Positions 8,815-17,251 of a stretch of 64,000 bases of DNA are shown here, piece by piece (the first letter of the stretch is position 1; every line of letters begins with the position of its first letter). Made by a program: the position numbers and the translations under genes. The stretch comes from a virus. The stretch spans positions 14,575 through 78,574 of the IMG/VR virus record IMGVR_UViG_3300010373_000005. One strand, 5' to 3'. The notes below the pieces were generated by a model. That model was not told the DNA's origin. It worked only from the letters and a program-made list of their open reading frames with translations, and ran no database searches.

Positions 8815-10324
8815 CTTGACTCCTGTCGTCTTGACAGGCCTCCGTGATCATGTCCCGTAGTACTGTGAACTCCGCCACCGACACCGTGTGCATCCTGAGC
8901 TGCCCACGAGACCTGAGCATGTCGCCCACGTCGTGCACCGGCTGGAACGCGTGCTTGAACAGGTTCTGGTACCACGCGTCGAAGCCCTCCTGCGCGCGTG
9001 CGGACTTGCCTGGCAGCTTTACCGCGCTGCTCGTGAGCCAGCGGGAGAGGCCCTCGAGCATCCGGCGCTGGGACTCGACACCGTTCTCGACGCGAGCGAG
9101 CCTGAGATCTAGACTGAGCGGCACCTTACGCGAATCGTCATGGTCGATGACGACTACTCTGTCCGGCTGGAGCCGCTTCCCGTTCCTCGTGAAGTACACG
9201 CCCAGCAGCCTGCTGTCCTCCTCGCACTTCCACACGTCCTCGGCCGTGGCGAAGCCCTTGATCAGTGACGGCCCCTGCTGCGAGAGCCAGTTCGCGAGCC
9301 TTGCGCCCAGTGACTTCTCGTCGCCCCTCTTATAGTCGCCCTTGAATTCTCGCTCGTCGCGCGCCCACGTGTAGACGTCGCACCAGGACTGCACGCAGTG
9401 ATGTATCTCCTCCATGACGTCCGGCACCTGGTAGCTCAGCAGGTCCTCCTCGAGCACCGGCGCGAGCTGGTCCAGCAGCGTGCACCACGCGGCCGCCAGG
9501 TCGATCTGAGCGACCACCGCGTCAGACCACTCGTCGGCGAGCATGGCCTTCGGTCCCAGCTGTCCCTGGCGCGGGAGCTTGGACGTGACGCGCCCCACCG
9601 CGCGCATCCAGGCGTCGCGGTCTGACGCGACCTCAGCGGGCAGCGAGCGCGAGCCACGCAGCACCATCCCGAGCTTGTCGATGACGTGGTCCTGGTGATC
9701 GCGCACGTCGAAGCCCACCTCTGCGAGGATCTTCTTGACACGACTCCATGCGGCGTGTCCCGCGGCCATCTCGTGTCGGTAGCGCTTGGCGCTCTCGACC
9801 CGCTGCGCCTCGCCCGCCGGGTCGCAGCTCTTGCACCCGCCGTCGCAGCCACTGCACCGCGAACCGTTGAGCAGCTCCTGCACGCGGCGCTCTAGACTCT
9901 GAGCGCATCGCTCCAGCTCTGCGATGCGTGCGTCCTTCTGCGCTATCGCGGTGTCACGCTCCGCGAGCGCGCGCTCGAGGCCCGCGATCTTCTGCGCCTG
10001 CGCCTCCCTGTCCTGCCTGAGCCCATTGATCACCGCGTCGCAGTCGGCTCCCAGCGACTCCTCCTGGGCCATCTCGTCGTACGGAAACACCGCGGCCCGG
10101 AGCCGCTGGTACTGCTCGGCCCTGGCGACGAGCGTCTCAGTAGCACGATACGAGCAGATCTTCCTGATCCTCTCGACCAGGTCGCTCAGCCTCACGAGTA
10201 TCGACAGCCCGCGCAGCTCGTTGTGCTCCTGCGAGAGGTGCGCGAGGAGCGAGTCCCATGCGTCGGCCTTGTCCAGCGAGCTGGTAATGATAACAGAAAG
10301 CTTCTGTCGCTCAGTCATGGTCAT
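8720..10324 (-). CDS. hypothetical coiled-coil protein (534 aa)
   Basis: Track ORF 8720..10363, with the start placed at ATG 10322-10324 (AGGAG SD 8 nt upstream). Heptad-like segment: QAQKIAGLERALAERDTAIAQKDARIAELERCAQSLERRVQELL. The 3' end overlaps the sigma gene by 95 nt. Confidence 0.6.
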   Translation of the reverse strand: MTMTERQKLSVIITSSLDKADAWDSLLAHLSQEHNELRGLSILVRLSDLVERIRKICSYRATETLVARAEQYQRLRAAVFPYDEMAQEESLGADCDAVINGLRQDREAQAQKIAGLERALAERDTAIAQKDARIAELERCAQSLERRVQELLNGSRCSGCDGGCKSCDPAGEAQRVESAKRYRHEMAAGHAAWSRVKKILAEVGFDVRDHQDHVIDKLGMVLRGSRSLPAEVASDRDAWMRAVGRVTSKLPRQGQLGPKAMLADEWSDAVVAQIDLAAAWCTLLDQLAPVLEEDLLSYQVPDVMEEIHHCVQSWCDVYTWARDEREFKGDYKRGDEKSLGARLANWLSQQGPSLIKGFATAEDVWKCEEDSRLLGVYFTRNGKRLQPDRVVVIDHDDSRKVPLSLDLRLARVENGVESQRRMLEGLSRWLTSSAVKLPGKSARAQEGFDAWYQNLFKHAFQPVHDVGDMLRSRGQLRMHTVSVAEFTVLRDMITEACQDDRSQDDAGRGVGAGRAEPEVSQAEGAGLPAEAPPA

Positions 10325-10508
10325 ACTCGGAACTCCTATTATCATCGGTGGTAGCACCGACACCCTCAGGAGGCAGGAACACGCACCTGCGCATCGCCTC
10401 CTCGATGACGCGCACGCGGATTAACAGTCGAGACAGGAGCCGCATCACGGCGACGCACCACAACAGCCAGCCGACGATCCCGAAGATTACCAGTGCCCTG
10501 ATGATCAT
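10311..10508 (-). CDS. small membrane protein (65 aa)
   Basis: Internal ATG 10506-10508 of track ORF 10311..10778, forming an ATGA overlap with the GNAT stop. TM-like segment: IIRALVIFGIVGWLLWCVAVM. Confidence 0.4.
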   Translation of the reverse strand: MIIRALVIFGIVGWLLWCVAVMRLLSRLLIRVRVIEEAMRRCVFLPPEGVGATTDDNRSSEYDHD

Positions 10509-10897
10509 CTGTGTATGCTCCTGAAGTATCCGTCGCCGCCGGCAGACTTGACGAAGCCGAGCTTCTGAAAGGCAGGAAGAGCGGTATCTGACACCGCGTC
10601 CGTGACGAAGCTGCGCGCCTGGGGCCACTGCGTGGAGATCTCCTCGAGGAGCTTGCGCAGCAGCCCGCACCCGCGGTACTTCTCGTCGGTGTAGCAGTTC
10701 AGTATGTCGACCTCGGTGGCGTTGTGCACGAAGCGGAACCACACCATGGCGACCGGGTAGCACAGGTGTCCGCTCCACGCCTCCATGCAGTACGTGCCGT
10801 ACGTGGCGCGCTCGTGCAGCGAGACGACCAGCGACCTACCGGCCCTGAGCTCCTCGCGCAGGACGCGGGTGCCCTCCGCTATCTCATCGTCGGTCAT
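10505..10897 (-). CDS. GNAT-family N-acetyltransferase (130 aa)
   Basis: Track ORF 10505..10978 trimmed to ATG 10895-10897 (AAGGAG SD). CoA-binding motif-A-like sequence: EKYRGCGLLRKLLEEI. Confidence 0.7.
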   Translation of the reverse strand: MTDDEIAEGTRVLREELRAGRSLVVSLHERATYGTYCMEAWSGHLCYPVAMVWFRFVHNATEVDILNCYTDEKYRGCGLLRKLLEEISTQWPQARSFVTDAVSDTALPAFQKLGFVKSAGGDGYFRSIHR

Positions 10898-10934
10898 CGT
10901 GACTCCTTGCGTGTATGAGCATCGTGATAGACCT

Positions 10935-10963
10935 ATTATATCACGCGCCGGCCTGCTTGTCCA
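10935..10963 (-). promoter_or_regulatory. sigma70-like promoter: TGGACA-N17-TATAAT
   Basis: Minus strand: -35 TGGACA (10958-10963), 17-nt spacer, TGn-extended -10 TATAAT (10935-10940). One of seven sites with the same architecture. Confidence 0.55.
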
Positions 10964-11264
10964 TAGACTTCCTGACAATTTTCTTCCTTCCGAAGATTAC
11001 CCTATAGATCCGCTCGCGGGCGTCGCCCGCGTGAGCCTCTGGCACGAACGCGTAGAGCTCGCCGGGGACGCCGCGGGCCTTCTCGAGCATGCGCGCGGCT
11101 GCCTCACGCCAGTCGGGACCCTCCGGGCCGTCGAGCGCGTCCCACATGCGCTGCGCGTCGCGTATAGGGTCGGTGAAGGTGAGCCGCACGCGCCGGCGCT
11201 CGGGCTCGACCAGCTCGACCTCGACGTATGTCATGAACTGCGGGAAGGTGACGTCGATCCTCAC
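10941..11264 (-). CDS. hypothetical protein (107 aa)
   Basis: Track ORF with a 4-nt overlap to the upstream gene. Confidence 0.5.
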   Translation of the reverse strand: MRIDVTFPQFMTYVEVELVEPERRRVRLTFTDPIRDAQRMWDALDGPEGPDWREAAARMLEKARGVPGELYAFVPEAHAGDARERIYRVIFGRKKIVRKSMDKQAGA

Positions 11265-12061
11265 GGGTTCTCCCTCCGGTCGGCGCGCGTCATCGCGGTG
11301 TCGAGCATGATCTTGATCTGCGAGATGTCCCTGCGCACGAGCGCGAGGTCTCGCTTAGTCCACTTGAGCGTCTGCTTGTACTCCTTGAGCAGTCGCCGGT
11401 TACGAGCGTTCTCCACCGGCGAGTTCTTGCGCGACGCGCGGACTCGCTTGGTCTTGGGCGCGAGCTCCTCCTCGTCCATCTCGAGCTGCCGCCGCTGGGA
11501 GTCGAGTCGCCTGAAGATGTCGATCATCGAGTCCTCAGGGTCGCTCACGACCAGCTGGAGCTGCTTCACGTCGGCGATCAGTTCTTTAACGCGGGAGTAC
11601 TGCTCCTTCGCCTTCATCCGGTGGTAGTCGCGTCGCTGCGTCTCGTCGCGAGGCTCTGCGCCCGCGCCGCCGTTGAGCACCATGGGCGACTTGCGACTGT
11701 TGAAGAACGCGAGCGACGCTATCTCAGCGAGCACGCGAGAGCGCCCGTCGAGCTCCGAGTGCTCGTCGACGTGCTTCTGCATTTCCTCGACGAGCGGCGC
11801 CATCAGCGCGACCTGGCGACCACACTGGAGCGACCGCTGCGAGAAGTACGTGCGGTTGCCTCCCAGCTGACGCGCGCAGTCCGCGAGCTTGGCGAAGAGC
11901 ACCTCGTCTTCTCTCAGTTGTCGTGCTCTCATCTTCTTTAAGATGAGAGCTTCCGACAAGACGAGGGCCCCTCGCTCCAACACTTCCTGGATCTCCGGGT
12001 CGAGCTCCCCGTGCCTGACGCGGCGCCTCTGCATCTCGTACTTCTGCGCGAGATCACTCAT
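11261..12061 (-). CDS. hypothetical protein (266 aa)
   Basis: Track ORF, with a GAGGAG SD upstream of ATG 12061. It is the first gene downstream of the IR-bounded AT-rich segment. Confidence 0.55.
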   Translation of the reverse strand: MSDLAQKYEMQRRRVRHGELDPEIQEVLERGALVLSEALILKKMRARQLREDEVLFAKLADCARQLGGNRTYFSQRSLQCGRQVALMAPLVEEMQKHVDEHSELDGRSRVLAEIASLAFFNSRKSPMVLNGGAGAEPRDETQRRDYHRMKAKEQYSRVKELIADVKQLQLVVSDPEDSMIDIFRRLDSQRRQLEMDEEELAPKTKRVRASRKNSPVENARNRRLLKEYKQTLKWTKRDLALVRRDISQIKIMLDTAMTRADRRENP

Positions 12062-12098
12062 GATTCGACTCCTCGGGTCTTCTGCGGGCTGCGAGACT

Positions 12099-12350
12099 TT
12101 AGTTATTATCTGAACCGCTATTCTGCTCTAGGACTAGACTAGGTCGAGACCGGTTATAATAATCGACCTGTTATAAGAACCTGACCTGATTTCTCTCTCT
12201 GTTTCTCTGTAACTCTCTGAGATTTGAGAAGATCAAAGCTCAGTGAAAGTTCAAATTTAGTATAACTGTAGTTTGTAACATATCCTTTATAATAACTGGT
12301 TATCTACCTGTCCAGTGCTAGAGCAGAATAGCGGTTCAGATAATAACTAA
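12099..12350. repeat. 33-bp perfect inverted repeats (12099-12131 and 12318-12350) enclosing a 186-bp AT-rich segment
   Basis: ttagttattatctgaaccgctattctgctctag is the exact reverse complement of ctagagcagaatagcggttcagataataactaa. The interior is strikingly AT-rich for this genome, contains short gacctg/ttataa repeats and has no ORF. Confidence 0.9.
12286..12314 (-). promoter_or_regulatory. sigma70-like promoter inside the IR-bounded segment: TGGACA-N17-TATAAA
   Basis: Minus strand: -35 TGGACA (12309-12314), 17-nt spacer, -10 TATAAA (12286-12291). It faces gene 11261..12061. Confidence 0.45.
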
Positions 12351-12407
12351 GTTTTACCTGAACTCTCACGTGTTTTTGCCCCACTCTCGCACAGAAACTC
12401 ACCACTC

Positions 12408-12704
12408 TCAGCAGTTCTCTGCGTCGTCGCAGGGTCTCACCTCGTCGCCGAGGTCCATCTCATTGAAGTTGACCAGTCTGGTCGGACCTCCCCCGAACGT
12501 CGGGTCCCCGACCGCGCGCTCGCACCACGCGAGACCCACGCAGAGCTTGTCGCTGCCGCTGCGATAGACCGAGAGCACCTCCCAGCTGTCCGGGGGCGCG
12601 CCCCACAGTGGGTAGGCGTTGCGCGTGCCGATCAGTCGCTCGAGACGCCGGTACCTCCGGCGGTCCCACGGCTGCGCCAGGGTCATCGTGTGTCGTAGGT
12701 TCAT
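12408..12704 (-). CDS. hypothetical protein (98 aa)
   Basis: Track ORF with a 4-nt overlap to the upstream gene. Confidence 0.45.
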   Translation of the reverse strand: MNLRHTMTLAQPWDRRRYRRLERLIGTRNAYPLWGAPPDSWEVLSVYRSGSDKLCVGLAWCERAVGDPTFGGGPTRLVNFNEMDLGDEVRPCDDAENC

Positions 12705-12955
12705 CGAGGCACCTCGCTCCCAGTCGGGTGCGAGGAGCCTCCATCACCTAGAAGTCTCTTGCTCGCCTCTCGCTGCGCTATGACGTTGATCGCGTCCTCG
12801 CAGTGCACCGCGCCGCAGACCACCTTGTCGCCGTCGCGGATCACCATGACCTCCCCTCGGGTCTGGTTGTCGCGCAGCACCTTCACGAAGTGGTCGTAGG
12901 CGCTGGCAGAAGTGAATAACTTCTTCCAGCGCTCTAGGTTCAGTGTCGTTACCAT
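12701..12955 (-). CDS. hypothetical protein (84 aa)
   Basis: Track ORF on the operon strand. Confidence 0.45.
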   Translation of the reverse strand: MVTTLNLERWKKLFTSASAYDHFVKVLRDNQTRGEVMVIRDGDKVVCGAVHCEDAINVIAQREASKRLLGDGGSSHPTGSEVPR

Positions 12956-12967
12956 TGTCGTTTGTCC

Positions 12968-13219
12968 TCAAAGAGTGTCGATGACGTCTGCCGCCTTCAT
13001 GCTGAGGGCGTCGCATATCGTGATGAACCGCTGTACTGAGCACCTCACCCGACCGAGCTCTATGAAGCCCAGAGTTGACTTGTCTATGCCGGTCAGCTCG
13101 GCGAGTCTCTGTTGAGAGACTCCTCGTGCGTCACGCAGCAAGAATATCTTCTCTCCGAGAACCTCGTCAAACGGAGAGTGAGCCGTTCGTCGTCTTACAG
13201 TGTCGGGCTTATCGCTCAT
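12968..13219 (-). CDS. XRE/Cro-type helix-turn-helix transcriptional regulator (83 aa)
   Basis: Track ORF 12968..13252 trimmed to ATG 13217-13219 (AGGAGGGG SD). HTH: RGVSQQRLAELTGIDKSTLGFIELGRVRCSVQRFITICDAL. Confidence 0.7.
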   Translation of the reverse strand: MSDKPDTVRRRTAHSPFDEVLGEKIFLLRDARGVSQQRLAELTGIDKSTLGFIELGRVRCSVQRFITICDALSMKAADVIDTL

Positions 13220-13236
13220 CCTGTCACCCCTCCTTT

Positions 13237-14178
13237 CTATTCCGGCGCGCACTCGTTCTGGAACGTCTTCCTGTACTGCCGCCAGCCGCGGAAGTTGCCG
13301 GACTGCTCCACAGACCCGTCGCTCCGGCGGCTGCTGGCAGGCATCGCCTGCGCCACGTGCTCCGTGGGAGCCCAGTGCCCGAAGCCTGAGCCCCTCCTGA
13401 GCTTGTCGGCCAGTTCCAAGTCCTTCCTCCAGTCACGCTTGCCATCGTGCGTGAGGTAGCTGACGCGGGCCACGCGGGCGGCGCTGATGGCGTTGAGCAT
13501 CTCCGTCATGCCCTGTCCTGTGGCCAAGCCACTCCATGGCGCCCCAGCTCTGAATTTATTCACCAGCTCGTCGCAAGGGTCTTGCAGCGCGACTCGCAAT
13601 TCGCGAGAAAGTTCCTCCTTGTCGTTCCCCGTCACGTACGGCCTGTGCCACTCGCCCTCCTTCCTGGGCGTCGGTACGCTCGCCTCCATCGCATCTCGCC
13701 ACATGTAGGCTATCTTCTGTATGTGAGGCTCCGCGTCCGGGTGGCACCTCAGCCTGAAGAAGTTCTGCCAGTCTGTAGCAGTCACGATCACGGTTATCCA
13801 CATCCACGGCTCGACGAGACGATTACATAGGCTCTTATGTAATCCACTCTTAGCAAGCGCCCTAGCTTGTGACACCGCCATGTCCCGCGCCGCCAGCCAC
13901 TCGCACTGGCAGATCACCCTGTCGGGAGCTTCCAGCTCCGCGCCCTGCTGCATCCCCCTCGCCTCTGAGCCCCACCTGATCGGGATCACCGGGTCGTCCA
14001 GTACCGCCGCGAGCATCTTCGCCAGCGGGATCGCCCGGCTCGACGCTGAGCTCCTGCTCAGCGCCCTGTGCGTCAGCAGCTCGCTGTGGACGAACCTGGG
14101 ATAGGTGAGGACTCCCGTAGTCAATCTGACTCCTGTGGGCCCTATGCTGTCCAGCAATACCTCAGCCTTGTACGCCAT
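13237..14178 (-). CDS. thyX: FAD-dependent thymidylate synthase ThyX (313 aa)
   Basis: ThyX signature: LTHRALSRSSASSRAIP (RHR-x7-S-x-R type). Start at ATG 14176-14178 (GGAGGAG SD, TGATG overlap with the upstream stop). It looks longer than the ThyX proteins I recall (not measured against any reference). Confidence 0.8.
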   Translation of the reverse strand: MAYKAEVLLDSIGPTGVRLTTGVLTYPRFVHSELLTHRALSRSSASSRAIPLAKMLAAVLDDPVIPIRWGSEARGMQQGAELEAPDRVICQCEWLAARDMAVSQARALAKSGLHKSLCNRLVEPWMWITVIVTATDWQNFFRLRCHPDAEPHIQKIAYMWRDAMEASVPTPRKEGEWHRPYVTGNDKEELSRELRVALQDPCDELVNKFRAGAPWSGLATGQGMTEMLNAISAARVARVSYLTHDGKRDWRKDLELADKLRRGSGFGHWAPTEHVAQAMPASSRRSDGSVEQSGNFRGWRQYRKTFQNECAPE

Positions 14179-14426
14179 CACTCGCTCCTCCTGTAGTAGA
14201 GAAAAGTATGCCTCGACACCTCGTAGAACCACCCTCCCGCGTCCCTGAACCAGCCCTCGAACGGCGGCTGGTCCTCTCCCCCGCCGAACGCGTAGTGCAC
14301 CTCGACGACTTCGCCGGACTCCAGCATCACGTCGTAGTGCACCACGCGGGTGTCCCTGCCCTCAGGCATGGCCTCCGCGAACCACCAGTGGTCGGGACCG
14401 CACGGAGATGTGTCGCTCCAGGGCAT
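14178..14426 (-). CDS. hypothetical protein (82 aa)
   Basis: Track ORF. Trp-rich; no motif recognised. Confidence 0.45.
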   Translation of the reverse strand: MPWSDTSPCGPDHWWFAEAMPEGRDTRVVHYDVMLESGEVVEVHYAFGGGEDQPPFEGWFRDAGGWFYEVSRHTFLYYRRSE

Positions 14427-14450
14427 GGGGTCAAGCTCTCTTGAACGATA

Positions 14451-14735
14451 CTAAACTCGCTTGAACCACAGCTGGACGTGCCCGTTGCCGCACTTGATCT
14501 CGACGTGCAGCCGCGACTCCCTGCACCAGTCGAGCAGCAGCTCGAGCCGCTTCGCGCCGAGCTCCCCGTACCACGGCAGGCAGAGATTATCTCCAGAATC
14601 CCACCGCACGGCGGCTCTCAGCCACGACTGAGGTGTCAGCTCCTCGCAGTCCGTGAGCCAGCTCTCGGTCATGCTGGCCACCTGCCGTCCCAGACTGCTG
14701 GGCTCGGCTGGTCCCTTCCACAGTGTCAAGTTCAT
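14451..14735 (-). CDS. hypothetical protein (94 aa)
   Basis: Track ORF 14451..14858 trimmed to ATG 14733-14735, which forms an ATGA overlap with the upstream stop. Confidence 0.45.
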   Translation of the reverse strand: MNLTLWKGPAEPSSLGRQVASMTESWLTDCEELTPQSWLRAAVRWDSGDNLCLPWYGELGAKRLELLLDWCRESRLHVEIKCGNGHVQLWFKRV

Positions 14736-15145
14736 GATCTCACTCCTCGTTCTAGCGTGGTAGACCACGCGCTGAGTACCTTCAGTAGGTTGGCCAGGTC
14801 GGTGAGCTGACACGCCCACTGCCACTGGTCCCTGTCGTCCACATACGACACGCTGCATGCAGACGTGCCGCGCATGGGTGAGTCTTCAGCCTCCCACGGC
14901 ACGCGCCGGACCAGCACCGCGTGTCTGGGCCACCTCCTGTGGAGCTGCGATAGCCTATGCTCCTGCAGTTCCTCCACGGCCGTGTCCGCGTCCTTGCACT
15001 CTATCAGGCCGGACCACAGCGGATGCACAACCAGCCTGTCGGGCCAGCCCGGCTCGGTGTAGACACTGGCCTGCATGACCTGGACCATGGCGCCCTGTGA
15101 GCGCAGCACTCTCGTGAGCTCCGCGGTGAACTTGTTCTCAGCCAT
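14732..15145 (-). CDS. VRR-NUC-type (PD-(D/E)xK) nuclease (137 aa)
   Basis: GWPDRLVVHPLWSGLIECKDADTAVEELQEHRLSQL matches the G-x-PD ... (I/V)E-x-K ... Q pattern of VRR-NUC domains. Confidence 0.6.
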   Translation of the reverse strand: MAENKFTAELTRVLRSQGAMVQVMQASVYTEPGWPDRLVVHPLWSGLIECKDADTAVEELQEHRLSQLHRRWPRHAVLVRRVPWEAEDSPMRGTSACSVSYVDDRDQWQWACQLTDLANLLKVLSAWSTTLERGVRS

Positions 15146-15539
15146 GTGATCTCCTCTCAGGAGTCATTCCCAGCTTCCTCTCCCAGTCTAGGTCGAACGT
15201 CCGGTAGTCGCACGTGAGTTCGTCGCCCGGGACGAGGTCCCTGACGGCGACGTCGCGGTGAGCATGATCACTTATCAGTGAACATGCTCCCCCTTCCGCG
15301 TGGTTCATGTACCGGGCGTCGTCCATGCACAGCACGTAGTACTTGCCGGTGCGGTACGCGTAGCGCAGCACCATGTCCTGCCACAGCGGGTTCATCGCCG
15401 CCAGCTCGTCCTCGGTTATCATCTTGTCGAGCTTGTACGTTATCCCCCACACGACTGAGCCCTTCGCGACCGGCTCGAGCAGGAAGCACCCCAGGCCGTG
15501 TATGGGCGAGGGTCGCACCTCGGTCTTGTACATTAACAA
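15138..15539 (-). CDS. SET-domain protein methyltransferase (133 aa)
   Basis: SPIHGLGCFLLEPVAKGSVV (N-SET GxG), ARYMNHAEGGAC (RF/YxNHS-like) and RDLVPGDELTCDY (ELxxDY) appear in the canonical order and spacing. Confidence 0.7.
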   Translation of the reverse strand: MLMYKTEVRPSPIHGLGCFLLEPVAKGSVVWGITYKLDKMITEDELAAMNPLWQDMVLRYAYRTGKYYVLCMDDARYMNHAEGGACSLISDHAHRDVAVRDLVPGDELTCDYRTFDLDWERKLGMTPERRSHG

Positions 15540-15542
15540 GGT

Positions 15543-15776
15543 TCACTCCTTCTTGTCTGACAGGATTCGCTCGTAGCACTCGTGACAGATCGGCTCTAGG
15601 CGCTCCGTCACGCCGTGAACGACGATCTGGTAGTCCCTCGTCTCCCCGAACTTCAGCTGCCTGCCGCACCGGTGGCACCTGTCGGTCACTGGCGGACCCT
15701 TGCCGAACGCTAGCCAGACGAACAGCGCCAGGGACATCACCCCGAAGAGCGCGAAGGCGTATACTACGTATATCAC
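15543..15776 (-). CDS. small membrane-anchored zinc-ribbon protein (77 aa)
   Basis: This is the C-terminal part of track ORF 15543..16271, whose N-terminal part overlaps the GT gene. GTG 15774-15776 is preceded by AGGAGG with a 5-nt spacer. TM segment IYVVYAFALFGVMSLALFVWLAF, then CHRC...CHEC. Confidence 0.5.
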   Translation of the reverse strand: MIYVVYAFALFGVMSLALFVWLAFGKGPPVTDRCHRCGRQLKFGETRDYQIVVHGVTERLEPICHECYERILSDKKE

Positions 15777-15796
15777 GCGAACCTCCTGTATGAAAT

Positions 15797-16936
15797 TCAG
15801 ACGAAGCGTCTCACTACGTACTGCCACGTGTTCATGCTCGCCGCGGTGTCGGCCAGGAAGCAGCCCTCGCCGGCGGTGAAGACCTTCCTGTCGCCCGAGA
15901 TCACGTGCAGCCAGTACGCGAGCGAGTCGTAGGCCTCGAGCATCGTCTTGTGCCTGCCTCCCAGGTCGACGCTCGTCAGGAGCGGCATCAGCTTCTCGAT
16001 CAGCCTGATTCCCGGCAGCTCTGCCTGCAGGTCCGACAGCAGGTCGTGCTGCGTGCGCATGTGCTCCACGACCGGCGTGCCGAATCGCGCCGTCTTGCCG
16101 ACAGCCTTCGCGCACTTCAGCGTGAAGTAACCGGCAAGGATGTCGCCGAACCGGTTCACCGAATCGCTCCCCGACTCTCCGCTGACACCTTTCCCTTCCA
16201 TCCGCACGTACCAGTACGTGAGCGCAGCCTCGCGCGTCATGGCAGTGTTCTGGCTGTTGATCGGCGCCCACGTCTCAGTCGCCAGTCGCACTCCGCCGTG
16301 CGCATACTGGCCGTTCGACACCGGCCTTAGTGCCAGCCTAGTGACGGCGTCCACGTCGGGGTCTCCGGTCCACAGACCGGCGTTGATAACCACTGGCTGG
16401 TCGACGGCTTCTCGCAGCACGACGTGCCTGTAGGCTTCACGCGCCGCGTATGGCACGCCGCGGGCGAAGCATAGCCCGCACCCGTGGAGCTGGTGGACCG
16501 GGTCGAACCACGGACCCTCGGTGCCTCCGTCGAGGAGCACGGAGTCTCGACTCGACGAGACTCCCTGCAGGTGTCCCGCGAGCCACCCCGGCGTGCAGTA
16601 GTTGTCGTCGTCTATGTGTATCACGATGTCGCAGCCGTCGGCGAGAGCCATGAGCGTGCCGACATTCCTCCGATTGTCGCTGTCAAACGGGATGAAACCA
16701 TCCGGCACGCCGGCGTTTATCAGGAACTCCTCCTGCTCCTGCAGGGACGGGGACCTCAGCTGGTCCCTCAGCCCGCCCTGCCCGCGCAGGTACGAGCACG
16801 CGTTCACGGTCTCGGGCGGCGTCTTCCTGTCGCAGATGAGGTACATTGTCGCGTCGGGATGAGTTCTCAACTCATCCACGTAGCACGGCAGGAAGTCGGG
16901 CCTGTTGATCGTGGTGACTACTATCGCGGTCTTCAT
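15797..16936 (-). CDS. glycosyltransferase-like protein resembling the reversibly-glycosylated-polypeptide (GT75/RGP) family (379 aa)
   Basis: AIVVTTINRPDFL, DIVIHIDDDNYC (DxD), INAGLWTGDPDVDAVTRL and NRFGDILAGYFTLKCAKAVGKTARFGTPVVEH follow the order of RGP-family blocks as I remember them. Not verified by search. Confidence 0.5.
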   Translation of the reverse strand: MKTAIVVTTINRPDFLPCYVDELRTHPDATMYLICDRKTPPETVNACSYLRGQGGLRDQLRSPSLQEQEEFLINAGVPDGFIPFDSDNRRNVGTLMALADGCDIVIHIDDDNYCTPGWLAGHLQGVSSSRDSVLLDGGTEGPWFDPVHQLHGCGLCFARGVPYAAREAYRHVVLREAVDQPVVINAGLWTGDPDVDAVTRLALRPVSNGQYAHGGVRLATETWAPINSQNTAMTREAALTYWYVRMEGKGVSGESGSDSVNRFGDILAGYFTLKCAKAVGKTARFGTPVVEHMRTQHDLLSDLQAELPGIRLIEKLMPLLTSVDLGGRHKTMLEAYDSLAYWLHVISGDRKVFTAGEGCFLADTAASMNTWQYVVRRFV

Positions 16937-17235
16937 CAGAAGTCTCCTCCAGGGTTCCTGTGGATCGCGGCGAGGCCGTCGGCCACGTAGTCAGGTCTAT
17001 CTTTCTTCGGCCTCTCCAGCACTCTGGTCTGGAGCGCCCGCCTGACACACTCGGCGCACACGTCCAGGTGCTCGCCCTCGTCCGACTGGACGACTATGAC
17101 GACGTCTTCCCTCTGGTACTCGTCGCGGGTCCTGCGCGGGATCACGACACCGAACCCGTTGAACTCGCGGTTCGACTGGAGCTTCTCGCGCTCCACGACC
17201 CTGTCGCACACGTCGCAGTGCTGCTTGATGGCCAT
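16936..17235 (-). CDS. small zinc-ribbon protein (99 aa)
   Basis: Track ORF. CDVC ... CAEC pairs. TGATG overlap with the downstream GT gene start. Confidence 0.5.
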   Translation of the reverse strand: MAIKQHCDVCDRVVEREKLQSNREFNGFGVVIPRRTRDEYQREDVVIVVQSDEGEHLDVCAECVRRALQTRVLERPKKDRPDYVADGLAAIHRNPGGDF

Positions 17236-17251
17236 TTCTTCGTTCCTCCGA

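Noticed and set aside
15543-16271. N-terminally extended versions of many track ORFs. Examples: 15543..16271, 50008..50994, 61242..61928, 22431..23327, 23281..23841, 3732..4373, 5277..5924, 14451..14858.
   Set aside because: The extensions overlap the upstream gene out of frame and translate to Arg/Pro/Gly-rich sequence. Internal ATG/GTG starts with SD sequences or ATGA/GTGA coupling give compact, non-overlapping genes.
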